DNA of 64,000 nt from a virus, in the IMG/VR virus record IMGVR_UViG_3300038412_000065, positions 15,004-79,003 of that record. The stretch is one strand, 5' to 3'. The notes under the pieces were generated by a model, which was not told the DNA's origin, searched no databases, and worked only from the letters and a program-made list of their open reading frames with translations. Positions 7,759 through 18,186 of this stretch are shown here, piece by piece (the first letter of the stretch is position 1; every line of letters starts with the position of its first letter). The position numbers were made by a program, and so were the translations under genes.

Positions 7759-10700
7759 GCTGACGCACGACCTTGCGCACGAGCGCATTGCGCTTCTCCA
7801 GGTTCGCATCGAGCGCCTTGCGCTTGGCCTCGCCCGACATCGTCCTATCGGCGTAGATCTTCGCGTTGTCCTTGCTGATCGCGCTGAGCTGGTCGCGCAC
7901 GCGGTTGATCTCGCGCAGGCCGCCGTGCATGAAACCCTCCTTCGCCCGTTTCGACCCCTCGCGCTGACCCAGCAGCCAACCCCACTCCTTCTCGATCCTG
8001 GCTGCGCGCGCCGTGTCGCCGTTGTGGAGGGCATCCTTCACGGCACCAGAGTGCACCTGGGCTCGCTCGGCCAGGTCGTAGAACTCGTCGACATAGCGCG
8101 TGCTGCGCGCCGGGCCGCCGCCGCGCGCCACCGTGCCCACCAACGGGAAATCGCGCAGCGCCAGCGCCGGCTGCTCGGGTGCGTGCTCGAGCTTGCGAGT
8201 CACCCAGTCGGCGCCGTCCAACAAGTAGCGACCCATGCCCGCGGTGTAGCCCGTCCAGAAGTGCTGCAGGCGCTTCGGCGACAGCGTCCGGTCTTCACCG
8301 AACAGTGCTGCCATGCCCTTCGACGCGGCCTTCATCGTCGGCGACGTGGTTGGGCCGAAGCGATCCGATGGCGCCTTGTACCGATCACCCATGCTCTCGA
8401 TGGGCGTGTCGAAGTAAAGGCTCTTGTTGGCGATGTCCTCGACGATCGGCATGACCGCCTGCGGGATCGGGTTGATCCCCAGAGCGCTGCCCATGCCACG
8501 CATAAAGGCGTCCCAGCTTTGGGCCGGTCGATCGCCCTCTTCGCCATTGGTCAGCTGGTAGCGCAGTGCGCCGTACATCCGTTCCGGTACCGTGCCGCCC
8601 ACAAGTCCCAGCTCGAACGGCTTGGGGATGCGTAGATAATGGTCGGTGCCAGGCGCGATGTGCCAGTTCGCATCCTTGTCCCAGTCGGGGATCTCGTCGT
8701 ACGCGTCCTTGTGCTCCTCCTGATTCCACCAATACAGCAACATGGTGAGCATCGCCATCATGGCCAGTCGTGTCGCCACCTTGCCGCGCCGGCCCTTTGT
8801 GGTGCCCACGCGATACAGCCGATCGGCACCCTGCAGGCGGGCGTTCAAGAACGGGATCATCTTGGTGAACGCCAGCACGAACTTGTCGTCGCCGCGGCGC
8901 TGGAAGTTCAGGAAGTCCTTGGCCTCGTGCGCCGCCTCGACCGGCGTGGCGCCGGCGGCCAGACGCTTGCGGGCGAGCGACACGCGGCTGCCCATTTCGG
9001 TCGCTTCGCTGACCGACCGGTAGATGTCCCAGAGCCGCTTCGGATTGATCAGGGTGCGCACGTAGCGCTCGATGGCGCTGTCGGTCAGCCCGTGCTTGCG
9101 CAGGGCGCGCTTGATCGCCTTGGCGGTGTCCTCGTTGTTGCCGGTATGGAACAGGCCACCGTGGAACGCCGCGCCGGCCATCATCAAGTCCTGCGCCAGC
9201 TCCGACTCGCGGAAGCTGTCGATCGCGCCGCGCACCGTATCCACCAGTGGGACGAAGCGATCCTTCGAAGTAACCGACGCTTCGCCGGTATCGCGCAGGG
9301 CGTTGCGGATCAGGAAGTCTGGCGTGGCGGTGGCGCCCGCCGTCAGCAGTTGCTTGAACCATACCAACGGTTTGAGCGACCAGTGCGTGCCGCCCTCGTT
9401 GAACGCGGTCAGGGAGCGCAGCAGCAGCGGATCGTCGACGTGGTAATACTCGGCCTTGCCGTTCCGCATCACGCGGACGATATCCTCGCCCTCGGGCGCC
9501 TTCACCGCGAGCATCCGCGCCACGCCCTTGAGTGCGTCCGCCGGCATGCCCGCGATCGTCGCCTTGTCGACGCCCTGCTCCAGCAGGTGGCGCTTCACCT
9601 GGTCGAGCGGGATGGTCTCAGCCTTGACCGCGAGCGGCGCCTTGCGGAAATACGGCGCGCCCAGCTGGTCGACCGCCAGCAGGGTCGCGCGGTTCTTCAT
9701 CGACGCGTCGAGCAGCCGGGTGAAGTTTGCGATGATGTTGCCCAGCGGGTCCTTCAGCGGCGACTCGCCACCCTTGAGCGTGCGGATGCCGCTGGACTGG
9801 TTGGCCAGCCCTTGGCGCGTACCTGGCCCGGAGAAGCCGGCGTCCATGTCGCGGTAGAACGGGATGTATTCGGCATGGTCCCAAGCCTTGCGCGCTTCCG
9901 GGTCGATGATGCCGGTCTGCTCGGCCAGGTCCAGGATCGCGTTCTTGAGCTTCAGGTAGCCGAGCGCCGCCTCCTTGAACTCGGCCTCGTGGTCCGTGGC
10001 CAGCGACAGCCCCGCCTGGATGTCGGCATCGCTCAGCGCGTTCTCGCGGCCCTGCGCCTGCAGCACCTTGGCGCGGCGCGCCACCATCCAGCCCAGCCAC
10101 TGCGGCATCTGGTCGCGAACTGGCGTCAGCGCATCGAGCAGGCCCGGCACGTCGCGCTTCACGCGCAGCGCGCCCTGGTGCAGCTCGGGGGCGCCGAAAC
10201 GCAGGATGGCCTCCATCGTCGAGGCGGTCTGGATCATCTCCGCGGCGAGGTATGGATTGTCCTCCGGGGCGACGCCGCCCTTCTCGTCGACGGCACGCTT
10301 GATCCCGTGGAACTTGTCGATCGCGCCCTGGCGGAACGCATCAGCGTCAGGATACGGAACCTTGTCGCGCAGGCCATCGAGGGCGCGCTTGATCGCGGTG
10401 CGCTCGTCGACGGCGCCAGCCATGCCGGCCTTGCGCATGAAGTCTTTCTGTTCGGGAGTGTAGTCGGTGGATTCGAGAATGCTCCCGCTGTCCGGGTCGA
10501 AGGTGCCGCGGTTGCCGGTGGCCGACTTGATCTGTTCGGGGCGGAAGGCAACGTAGTGGGTGGCGACACGGTCCGAGAACCCAGGGTCGTCGTCCAGATC
10601 TCTCAGAATGGCGCCATCGTGACCCGTGCGCCTGGCGTTGCTCAGGAACTCATTAATCTCGTCGGCAAGGTCAACAAAGCTCTTGCCTTCGGCGTCGAAG

Positions 10701-13700
10701 ATGGCGGGATTCTTGATCGAAAGGTACGCAGGGATGATGTTCTGTCCACGATTTCGCTCGTGGCGCATCTCGCCGTCAAGCCGCTCGTATTCATCCACCG
10801 CGCGACTGTGCGCATCCCAGTCCGAAGACTTTCCGGACCTCTGCGCCTTTCGCTCTAGTGCCTCAGCGCGCTCCATCGCACGTCGAACCGGGGCATTGAG
10901 CGCGGCATGATTCGCGTACCCTTTGGCCGTCTCGGCGTCATCAACAAACCAATGCCCGGCCAGCGCACTCTTTGCGCCGGTCGCCGATCCGCGAGACGCA
11001 TCCGCGAAGGCTGCAACATCCTCATTGGTCCCGTGATACACCACCAGTGGCTTGCCGTCCGCATCGACTACCTTGCTCTCGCCGAACCAGCGCTTGAACG
11101 CAGGCGTCTGCGTCTGATCCTCCACCTGATCCAGCGACGATGATCTACCCGGATGCTCACCGTTGGCCGTCGCGCCCTTGTGTTTCGCTGCCTGCCATGC
11201 CGCCTCCAGCAGGTCGCGCACGTCCGCGTCGCTAAAAACGTGGCTACCGAAAATGTCGTCAATCATCGCCTTGAGGCGTTTCAGGAAGTTGGCGATCGCC
11301 TTCTTCACGCTCTCGCGCATCGACGGCTTTACGTCCACGCCGTAGCGCTCGTTGATGTGCTCGTAGTTCCCGGTGCGCACCGCGGCGGCCAGCTCGGCCA
11401 GCGCTTCCTCGGTGGCCAGCAGGAACCCGTCGCCGGGCGGGCGGCCCGACTTCTTCATCTGGTCAGCGATTTTTCGCTGGCTGTAGATTTCGTCAGCCAG
11501 CGCCTTCACGGTCGGATTCTGGCGAGCAAGGTTCAGCGCCGGGTCGAGCCGGTCACCGAGCAACGCGCGAAGGCCTTCGTGTCCGGCAATTTCGTGCGCG
11601 GCATGCCACACCGCACGATCTGGAGTTTTCGTGACCTGCGTGAAGATGAACACGCGCCCGGTTTCCGGGCTGTACATGGCCGCCGTGACGCCCTTGCGGC
11701 CGAGTGCGTTGCGTGACTCCACGCCCTTGCGCATCTTCTCCGGCAAGCCTTCGTAGCCGTACATGTACTCGATTCGGTCGGCGACCGGGCCCAGCGCCTT
11801 GGCTACGGCGGCGCGCAGGCCCAGGCGGTCGGCGTCGGCGTTGCCCTGGTCGATGGACAGCTGGCGGCCGGGGTCGGCGTCGGCGTGGTCGACGGATGCC
11901 GGCGAGCGTTCTTCCGCGTGCGCCTGCGTGGCCCATATGCGGTGCGCGACGTTGCGAGCCACCTCGTCCTGGCCGAACTGCGCCTGGAAGGCGCGCTCGG
12001 TTTCCGGGTGGCGCTTCGCCAGAAGGAAATGGGCTAGATTGGCCTCGCTGCCGACCTTCGCGGCTTTCGCTCGCGCAAGCCATGCGGCGTCGCTCTCGTC
12101 CTGTACGTCAACCTGCTTCGGCCGCTTCCCATCGAACAGCCCGCCATCGCCAGTGTCCGTCTTGCCGCCAGCCAAGCCGTTGCGCGCTTCGTCCTTGGCG
12201 GTACTGGCGGCGCGGACGTGCTCGGCGGTCGTGGCCGGCACGAACAGACCCGTCTGCTGCGCTACCGGCCGCGGGGCGCCTTCAGCACGGGGCTCGGGGT
12301 TGGCAAGGGCGAAACCTTCGGCTGGCGGCTCGGCACCAGTGGCGGCTTGCCGGCCTTGATCCGGTCCAGCGTGGCTTTCACCACTGACCGGCGCTGCTCG
12401 GGTGTCATCGGCATGGCTCGATTCCTGATTGATGATGGCGCGAGACAGCTTGGCCGCCTGCTCGCCCGGCGTGCCGTCCCACGTCGCGTCGATGATGTGC
12501 GCCGGCGCGACGCCTGCATCATGCGCGCGCTGCATCCACTGCGCCAGCGTCAGCGCCTCGTCGTGGGCATCGGCGGGGATGTCGGCCTGGTGCGCGCGTA
12601 GCTCGTCCATGGCTTGCGCCTGACTGGCCGCGTCCATGTCCGCCCGGTCCCGCTCCATCTCCGCGGAAAGCTCGGCGGCGCGAGCGTCGTAGTCGGCAGC
12701 CACCTGCTTCGAGTAGTCGATGAACCGCTGCTCGCGCGGATTCAGCTTCTCGCCAGCAGCGTACTTGTCCAGCGCCTTGTGCGCCTGCGCCTCGCTGAGC
12801 TTGCCGCCCTCGGCCGGACGCATGCGCCAGTAGTTCGATTCACCGTCCGGGCCGGCCTTGCCTACCCAGCTGGTGCGCCCGATCACTTCAGGCTTCTCGC
12901 CGCCCTCGTCGAACTGGCGCAGCAACCGGCCGCCCTTCTGGTCCCAGCCGATCTCGCCGCGCAGGTGCTCCAGTGGCGGGCGGTCTTCGGGCGTGACGGC
13001 GGGCGCAGCAGCGCGCGGGATCACCGGGCTGCTGGCCGCCGCTTCGGCTGGAGCCGAAGGTGTTTCCGCAGGATGCGGCGGAACAGGCGCGAGTGCCGCG
13101 GCGTTTCCAGCGGCATCGCCAGCCAGGCGGGAGCGGTTCATGGCGGCGCGCAGGTCGTCCATGGTCAGGCCGGCGGGCGCGGGTGCCGCGGCAACCGCTT
13201 CGCCCAGCGGCGAGGGCGCCGGCGCGGCTGGCGGCGTAGCAGGCACGGCGACCGGGGCGGCCGGTTCGGCCGGCGCAGCGTTGCGCGTCAGCAGTTCATC
13301 CAGCTGCGTCTCGATGTCGCTGGTAGGCTTGGCTTGCACAGCAGCGGTGGCTGGATGCGCTGCCGGCTTCTCGGCCAGGGCGGCGTCCACCTGATCACCC
13401 AGCCCAGCCTTGCGCAAGGCGTCGGCCACGGCGGTCACGTCGGCAGCTTGCACCGGTGTTGCGCGCCCTGGCGCCACCGGGGCAGCGGGTGCCGCCGGCT
13501 GGCGTGGGGCCGCGAGCGAGTCGCCAAGGATGGCGCCCCCGTCAGTCGGCAAGGCGAGCGGGCGCTCAGTGCCGGCAGCAGCAGCGCCGGGATGGCCGGC
13601 ACTATCAACGTAGGCCTTCAGGTACGGGTCCATCGGTTCGCCGCGCATGGCGCCGCCGCCCTGCGCCATCATTGCGCCAGTCAGTGCGCCGACGATGTTG

Positions 13701-14419
13701 CTTGCCGCATCCTGATCCTGACCCTGTACGGCTGCCGATCCGGCAGGAATGGCGGCACCTAGTGCGGCGCCGGTCAATGTCCGCGTGGCGAGCCCCGTGC
13801 CAAGCGCAACCGGAAGCCCGGCGAGCAGCAGATTCAGGCCGGCATTCTTGCCGGTCTCCGTGGCTTGCTGGGCTGGCGTGAGATTCGCGGGAAGGTTGGC
13901 TGCCTGATCGGTGGTCATCGCCGCCGCGGTCGGAGCCCCGCGACCTGCCGCCAACAGCGCACGACCGAGGAGAGGGATGCGCGCCAGCGAGGCTGGCACA
14001 AGCGATTCAAGGCTGGCAGGGCCGGCAGCTACCGCGGCAGCAAGGTTCGGGATGACGCGACCCACGCCGCCGGCAATCTTGGCCGACAAACCATCGGGCG
14101 TTTCTGCTGGCGACAGGTCGCCGAAGTCATGCGCGCGCTTCGCGGCTTCGGCCGCTTCCAGCGTAGTGATGTCGGGCTGCCCCGTAATGGCCGAAGCGAT
14201 ACTCCCCGCTGGGTCTATGCCGCGCCGAAGGGTATCTGCGAAGTTGATCACGTCGCCGCCGCCAGCCACGAACTGGCGGCCAAGCATGGCAAGCGGGCTC
14301 ACCTGTTCCTTTGGCGCCACCGCCGGCCCGTCCCACTTCACCGCCTTCGGGTCGATCGCGGCGGGCGCAGCAGGAGCCGGCGTTTCGTCCCAGCGGATGC
14401 CTGCGGGATCAATCGGCAT
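7727..14419 (-). CDS. large polyvalent ejection protein (zincin-like peptidase, ART-PolyVal-like and LPD38-like domains)
   Basis: WHAAHEIAGHEG..EEALAE; FKRWFGESKVVDADGKPLVVYHGT..VAFRPEQIKSA..NRGTFD; C-terminal IPFLNA..QG, RIPKPFELG; last of the internal virion genes. Confidence 0.8.
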   Translation of the reverse strand: MPIDPAGIRWDETPAPAAPAAIDPKAVKWDGPAVAPKEQVSPLAMLGRQFVAGGGDVINFADTLRRGIDPAGSIASAITGQPDITTLEAAEAAKRAHDFGDLSPAETPDGLSAKIAGGVGRVIPNLAAAVAAGPASLESLVPASLARIPLLGRALLAAGRGAPTAAAMTTDQAANLPANLTPAQQATETGKNAGLNLLLAGLPVALGTGLATRTLTGAALGAAIPAGSAAVQGQDQDAASNIVGALTGAMMAQGGGAMRGEPMDPYLKAYVDSAGHPGAAAAGTERPLALPTDGGAILGDSLAAPRQPAAPAAPVAPGRATPVQAADVTAVADALRKAGLGDQVDAALAEKPAAHPATAAVQAKPTSDIETQLDELLTRNAAPAEPAAPVAVPATPPAAPAPSPLGEAVAAAPAPAGLTMDDLRAAMNRSRLAGDAAGNAAALAPVPPHPAETPSAPAEAAASSPVIPRAAAPAVTPEDRPPLEHLRGEIGWDQKGGRLLRQFDEGGEKPEVIGRTSWVGKAGPDGESNYWRMRPAEGGKLSEAQAHKALDKYAAGEKLNPREQRFIDYSKQVAADYDARAAELSAEMERDRADMDAASQAQAMDELRAHQADIPADAHDEALTLAQWMQRAHDAGVAPAHIIDATWDGTPGEQAAKLSRAIINQESSHADDTRAAPVSGESHAGPDQGRQAATGAEPPAEGFALANPEPRAEGAPRPVAQQTGLFVPATTAEHVRAASTAKDEARNGLAGGKTDTGDGGLFDGKRPKQVDVQDESDAAWLARAKAAKVGSEANLAHFLLAKRHPETERAFQAQFGQDEVARNVAHRIWATQAHAEERSPASVDHADADPGRQLSIDQGNADADRLGLRAAVAKALGPVADRIEYMYGYEGLPEKMRKGVESRNALGRKGVTAAMYSPETGRVFIFTQVTKTPDRAVWHAAHEIAGHEGLRALLGDRLDPALNLARQNPTVKALADEIYSQRKIADQMKKSGRPPGDGFLLATEEALAELAAAVRTGNYEHINERYGVDVKPSMRESVKKAIANFLKRLKAMIDDIFGSHVFSDADVRDLLEAAWQAAKHKGATANGEHPGRSSSLDQVEDQTQTPAFKRWFGESKVVDADGKPLVVYHGTNEDVAAFADASRGSATGAKSALAGHWFVDDAETAKGYANHAALNAPVRRAMERAEALERKAQRSGKSSDWDAHSRAVDEYERLDGEMRHERNRGQNIIPAYLSIKNPAIFDAEGKSFVDLADEINEFLSNARRTGHDGAILRDLDDDPGFSDRVATHYVAFRPEQIKSATGNRGTFDPDSGSILESTDYTPEQKDFMRKAGMAGAVDERTAIKRALDGLRDKVPYPDADAFRQGAIDKFHGIKRAVDEKGGVAPEDNPYLAAEMIQTASTMEAILRFGAPELHQGALRVKRDVPGLLDALTPVRDQMPQWLGWMVARRAKVLQAQGRENALSDADIQAGLSLATDHEAEFKEAALGYLKLKNAILDLAEQTGIIDPEARKAWDHAEYIPFYRDMDAGFSGPGTRQGLANQSSGIRTLKGGESPLKDPLGNIIANFTRLLDASMKNRATLLAVDQLGAPYFRKAPLAVKAETIPLDQVKRHLLEQGVDKATIAGMPADALKGVARMLAVKAPEGEDIVRVMRNGKAEYYHVDDPLLLRSLTAFNEGGTHWSLKPLVWFKQLLTAGATATPDFLIRNALRDTGEASVTSKDRFVPLVDTVRGAIDSFRESELAQDLMMAGAAFHGGLFHTGNNEDTAKAIKRALRKHGLTDSAIERYVRTLINPKRLWDIYRSVSEATEMGSRVSLARKRLAAGATPVEAAHEAKDFLNFQRRGDDKFVLAFTKMIPFLNARLQGADRLYRVGTTKGRRGKVATRLAMMAMLTMLLYWWNQEEHKDAYDEIPDWDKDANWHIAPGTDHYLRIPKPFELGLVGGTVPERMYGALRYQLTNGEEGDRPAQSWDAFMRGMGSALGINPIPQAVMPIVEDIANKSLYFDTPIESMGDRYKAPSDRFGPTTSPTMKAASKGMAALFGEDRTLSPKRLQHFWTGYTAGMGRYLLDGADWVTRKLEHAPEQPALALRDFPLVGTVARGGGPARSTRYVDEFYDLAERAQVHSGAVKDALHNGDTARAARIEKEWGWLLGQREGSKRAKEGFMHGGLREINRVRDQLSAISKDNAKIYADRTMSGEAKRKALDANLEKRNALVRKVVRQLREAERKSRG

Positions 14420-15449
14420 AGTCAACGGTCCCGTCATCGAACTGGACGACCTTGCGGCCATTGGGGGCGGTGCCAGTACGCACCACCTTGCGCGCTGGTG
14501 CCGGCGCCGGCGACGGTGCGGGTGCCTGGGTCAGTGACGGCGCACCACCCTTGACCAGCGTCTCGCCCAGCTTGGACAGGTCGACTGCCCCCACGTCGGA
14601 TGGCGCATCGTGAACGCCGCTACCCAGCGGCGCCTCGCTGGCGTATCGCTGCATGGCGAAATCGCCATCGAGGTAGCGCTGATCGGTATTCGCCTTGCCG
14701 GCCTGCCACGCGAGGAACTGGCGCAGCTTCTCGGCCGGGATTTCCGGCGGGTTGCCGTCCGTTCCCACCTTACCCAGCAGCGCACCCAGCATGGTGATCG
14801 GCGCCGACGTGGGCCTCGTGGGCTTCGTGTCGCCGCGGTCGGGCGCGAAACCACCGGCCTCGGTCTTCGTGTCCGCCAGGCGCGTGTTCGCTGCATGCTC
14901 GCCGGCCGCAGCATTCGCCGCGCCGGCCTGTGCGTGGCGCAAGCCAATCGTTGCATTACCCACATCCGTCACGTTCATCGTCTGGTCGGGCGTGTCGTAC
15001 TTGTTGAACGCCGTGCCGTCTGTAACGCTGGTGGTTTCCAGCGGCTTGCCGTCAGATGCAGCCAGCAGCATGTTCCCAAGCGCCGTATTGCCGCCACGGA
15101 AGGCTTGCTCGGCCGCATCAATCCTTTCTTGGCCGCGGCCCTTGGAATAGGCGTCCATGCCCGAGCTGAGATTGCTGCCAAGATTGGCCAGCGCTCCAAC
15201 ACGAAGCGCTTCCGCGCGCTGCTCAAGCGTCGCATTTGGGTCGAGGAGCGGCTTCCCGTCAAAGACCTGACGGTTGGTGTAGGTGTCCTCGTCGATCATG
15301 GCCTCCGCACGGTTCTTGCGGGCACTGGCCATGCGGTCGCCAACCAGCGCGCCGGTCACCTGGCCCTGATAGTAGGCCTTGTTGTCGTCAGGCCTTCCGA
15401 AGATCAGCTGGCCGAGCTGCGAGCCGAGATTTTGTGCGCCGTTGGGCAT
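14409..15449 (-). CDS. internal virion (ejection) protein
   Basis: Ala/Gly-rich; position in ejection cluster; terminal VVRTGT..GRKVVQFDDGTVDYAD. Confidence 0.65.
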   Translation of the reverse strand: MPNGAQNLGSQLGQLIFGRPDDNKAYYQGQVTGALVGDRMASARKNRAEAMIDEDTYTNRQVFDGKPLLDPNATLEQRAEALRVGALANLGSNLSSGMDAYSKGRGQERIDAAEQAFRGGNTALGNMLLAASDGKPLETTSVTDGTAFNKYDTPDQTMNVTDVGNATIGLRHAQAGAANAAAGEHAANTRLADTKTEAGGFAPDRGDTKPTRPTSAPITMLGALLGKVGTDGNPPEIPAEKLRQFLAWQAGKANTDQRYLDGDFAMQRYASEAPLGSGVHDAPSDVGAVDLSKLGETLVKGGAPSLTQAPAPSPAPAPARKVVRTGTAPNGRKVVQFDDGTVDYAD

Positions 15450-15458
15450 GGTGAATCC

Positions 15459-16121
15459 TCAGTAGCTCGGCATGTTGTAGGTCAGGCCGCCGCCGGCTGA
15501 CAGCGTATTTCCGTAAGCGTTTCCAGCCCCGCTGGCCGCCGAAGTTCCGCCAGCAGCGACACCGCCAGCCGCTGCCGACATCAAGCCCGATGCCAAGTCG
15601 ATCTTCGCGTTGCGCCGGATGTTCCGCAGCTTCAGCTGGTCGAGGAAGTTCTGGCCCTGCGACTCACGTCCGATCAGACCGATGTCAGTGGCGAGATTGC
15701 CGTAGTCGAAGCCTTCCTGCTGCCGCTGGATGCCTGGCGCGTCCATCCGCGCCATGAGCCCGGCGGTCTTGTCCGCGTAGCTGCTGGCGTCGTTGGCGGC
15801 AGTCGCTGCGTCAGCCTTAAACGTGTCGCTGCCGATGTTCGGCGTCAGGCCGGCTTCGGTCGTCGAGCGATTGCGGCGCAGCACGTTCAGGTAGTCATCG
15901 AGGCGCGACTGCTTTGCCGATGCCGCATTGCTGTCGGCCAGCTTCGCCACCGCATCATTGACCTTCGCATCCGCTTCCTTCTGGATCCGCGCCTGATTTC
16001 GGATGCCGAGCGCGGCCTGGTTGTCCTGACGCTGCGCGGTCTTCGTGGTGTTGTAGTACTGACCGCCTGCGGCCGCTGCAGCAAGGGCGAGCCCGATAGC
16101 GGTGGAGGTTGCGATAGCCAT
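15459..16121 (-). CDS. internal virion (ejection) protein
   Basis: Hydrophobic Ala/Gly N-terminus, helical body; position. Confidence 0.65.
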   Translation of the reverse strand: MAIATSTAIGLALAAAAAGGQYYNTTKTAQRQDNQAALGIRNQARIQKEADAKVNDAVAKLADSNAASAKQSRLDDYLNVLRRNRSTTEAGLTPNIGSDTFKADAATAANDASSYADKTAGLMARMDAPGIQRQQEGFDYGNLATDIGLIGRESQGQNFLDQLKLRNIRRNAKIDLASGLMSAAAGGVAAGGTSAASGAGNAYGNTLSAGGGLTYNMPSY

Positions 16122-16122
16122 G

Positions 16123-16569
16123 TCAGAGCACCTTCGTGTAGACGTGTTCGCTGGGCGTGTAGCCCATGCGGGAATAGATCGCCTCCGCGCCTCCGCACTG
16201 CCCGGCGAGGCACATCATGCGGATCATGTCGACACCCTTGGCGCGGCATGCCGGCTCGATCGCGGCCAGCAGCTCGACGCCGATGCCGGAGCGCTGGTGT
16301 TCCGGCTCGACCCACCAGACCAGCTCCGTGGCCATCGTCTTGGCGATGTTGAAGGTGAACGGCTCCACGAACAGGCCGACCATGCCCACCACGGCGCCGC
16401 CAGCTTCGGCCAGCAGCATCACGCCCTGTTCCATCATGAGGATCGCCAAGCCCGCCGCCGACTCTTCCGCCATCGGCGCGATGCCGACATAGCGGGTTTG
16501 GGCGTAGAAGCGTCCGGCCATCTCCACGATGCGCGGGATGTCGTCGTGCGTTGCGTTGCGGACGGTCAC
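16123..16569 (-). CDS. GNAT-family acetyltransferase
   Basis: VRNATHDDIP, ELVWWVEPEHQRSGIG..LL, IYSRMGY. Confidence 0.85.
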   Translation of the reverse strand: MTVRNATHDDIPRIVEMAGRFYAQTRYVGIAPMAEESAAGLAILMMEQGVMLLAEAGGAVVGMVGLFVEPFTFNIAKTMATELVWWVEPEHQRSGIGVELLAAIEPACRAKGVDMIRMMCLAGQCGGAEAIYSRMGYTPSEHVYTKVL

Positions 16570-17195
16570 GGGTTGCCTCCATAGCCGCCGCTGGCGCCGC
16601 CGTAGAGCGCGACGCGCTTGCCACCCGGCGTGCCGTCGAGATAGCCCTGCTGGAACTGCCGCGCACTCTTCGCCGCCTGCAGGAAGCTGTTCGTCTGGCC
16701 GAACGAATCCGCCAGGCTACCGAGCTGTGCTTCCGACTTGCCGGCTTCCAGATTCGAGCGCATCGCCGCCGACGCCTGCTGCGCCGCCGTGGTCGCATCC
16801 AGGCCACTGGTCGCCAGCGAAATCAGCCGAGCCCGTGCATCCTGGTCGGCAGCCGACAGGCTCGCGCCGGCGCCCTGTGCCTTCTGCTCGACCTGCAACA
16901 GACCGCGGCCGTAGTCCTGTCCCAGCTGCTGCTGCTGGTCGACCTGCGTACTACCGCCGGTGAGGCCGGAACGTGCCAAGGCGAACTTCAGGCCGCGGTC
17001 AGCGTTTGCCTTCTGGCGATCCAGATCCTGCTGGTAATAGCTGCGCGTGGCGTTGACGAAATCATTGATGTCCGCCTGCCGCTTCGGGTCGTTGAAGACC
17101 TGATTGACACGCGACTGCGTGCCGGCGATAGCTGCTTGTCGCGCGGCCTCGGCCGCATTGGCCTCCTTCGCCGCCTTGTTGCCGCCGCTGCTCAT
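16566..17195 (-). CDS. internal virion protein
   Basis: MSSGGN start with ATGA overlap; LKFALARSGLTGGS; Gln/Ala-rich. Confidence 0.65.
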   Translation of the reverse strand: MSSGGNKAAKEANAAEAARQAAIAGTQSRVNQVFNDPKRQADINDFVNATRSYYQQDLDRQKANADRGLKFALARSGLTGGSTQVDQQQQLGQDYGRGLLQVEQKAQGAGASLSAADQDARARLISLATSGLDATTAAQQASAAMRSNLEAGKSEAQLGSLADSFGQTNSFLQAAKSARQFQQGYLDGTPGGKRVALYGGASGGYGGNP

Positions 17196-17692
17196 GCCTT
17201 GACCCTCGCGAACACGATCGCATCCTGTCCATCGACGAAATAGCCGCGCAAGACGCCCTCGCGCTGCATCAGCAGGCTGCGCTCGTACCAGACGTGCGCC
17301 TGCGTTCGGCTGGTCAGCGCGAATGTCTCGATGCGGCGTGCGCCGTTGGCCAGCAGATCGTCCATCAGGCCGCGGCATACCTTCGTCATCGCGCGCCAAT
17401 GATTCGCCCAGCCCTGCGGCGTGCCTGCCAGCCAGCCCTCGAACACGCCGGCGCGGACGGGACAGAATCCGCCCACCAGTACCGGCAGGCCATCACGGCC
17501 CACCATCACGAACTGGCTGCCCGGCGAAGCCACCAGCGACCGCGCCGCCACGTCCGGCACGTACTCTTGCAGGCCGGTCAACGCCAGGTACTGCGCGATC
17601 TCATCGGGACGCATGTTGGCGGCGATATACGCGAAGTCCTGCACGATCGGCAGGCCCAGGCGGATCTCGGGGAGCTGGCTGCATCCGTCCAT
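17192..17692 (-). CDS. T7 gp13-like / acetyltransferase-fold virion assembly protein
   Basis: IAANMRPDE, ARRIE, REGVLRGY..DGQDA; position after nozzle. Confidence 0.6.
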   Translation of the reverse strand: MDGCSQLPEIRLGLPIVQDFAYIAANMRPDEIAQYLALTGLQEYVPDVAARSLVASPGSQFVMVGRDGLPVLVGGFCPVRAGVFEGWLAGTPQGWANHWRAMTKVCRGLMDDLLANGARRIETFALTSRTQAHVWYERSLLMQREGVLRGYFVDGQDAIVFARVKA

Positions 17693-18186
17693 CACGGCTG
17701 CCCCGCCATGCTCGAAAGGTGCAGCGTCACGGCATTCACGCTCCACGCCGCGCCGCCGGCAAAGTCCAGTTTGATGCTGAAGGTCGGCGCCGCCACCGGA
17801 ATGGGAATCGGGTCGCCCGGCAGCGTATCCGGGTCGATCAGGTATGGCGTGGTGAACGCATTGGTGTCGCGCTGGTCGTAGCCGATGGACAAGCTCGGGC
17901 CTTGGCCGGTGCCGACGTAGTCGAGGCTCTCGAGCATCTTCGTCACTCCCGGTTGCCCGTTGTCCAGCCATGCCCATTGCACCAAGCCGGCGAAGTCTGT
18001 CGGCACCCCGTTCACGTCATCCGTTGCCACGTCCTCGCTCACCACCGACACCTCGTCACCGTGGCGGATATACAGATCGTTGCCCAGCTGCGCGAAGGCA
18101 TCAACGGCGAAGGGGAAGAGGTAGCGCGACCACTTCCCTTTGCCGCCGTTGAGGGTGAACACGTAGACTTCAGTCGTCAGGCTCAT
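17692..18186 (-). CDS. tail nozzle protein, C-terminal part
   Basis: EVYVFT..WSRY, VQWAWLD.G.PG.TKM; TGATG coupling on both sides. Confidence 0.6.
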   Translation of the reverse strand: MSLTTEVYVFTLNGGKGKWSRYLFPFAVDAFAQLGNDLYIRHGDEVSVVSEDVATDDVNGVPTDFAGLVQWAWLDNGQPGVTKMLESLDYVGTGQGPSLSIGYDQRDTNAFTTPYLIDPDTLPGDPIPIPVAAPTFSIKLDFAGGAAWSVNAVTLHLSSMAGQP

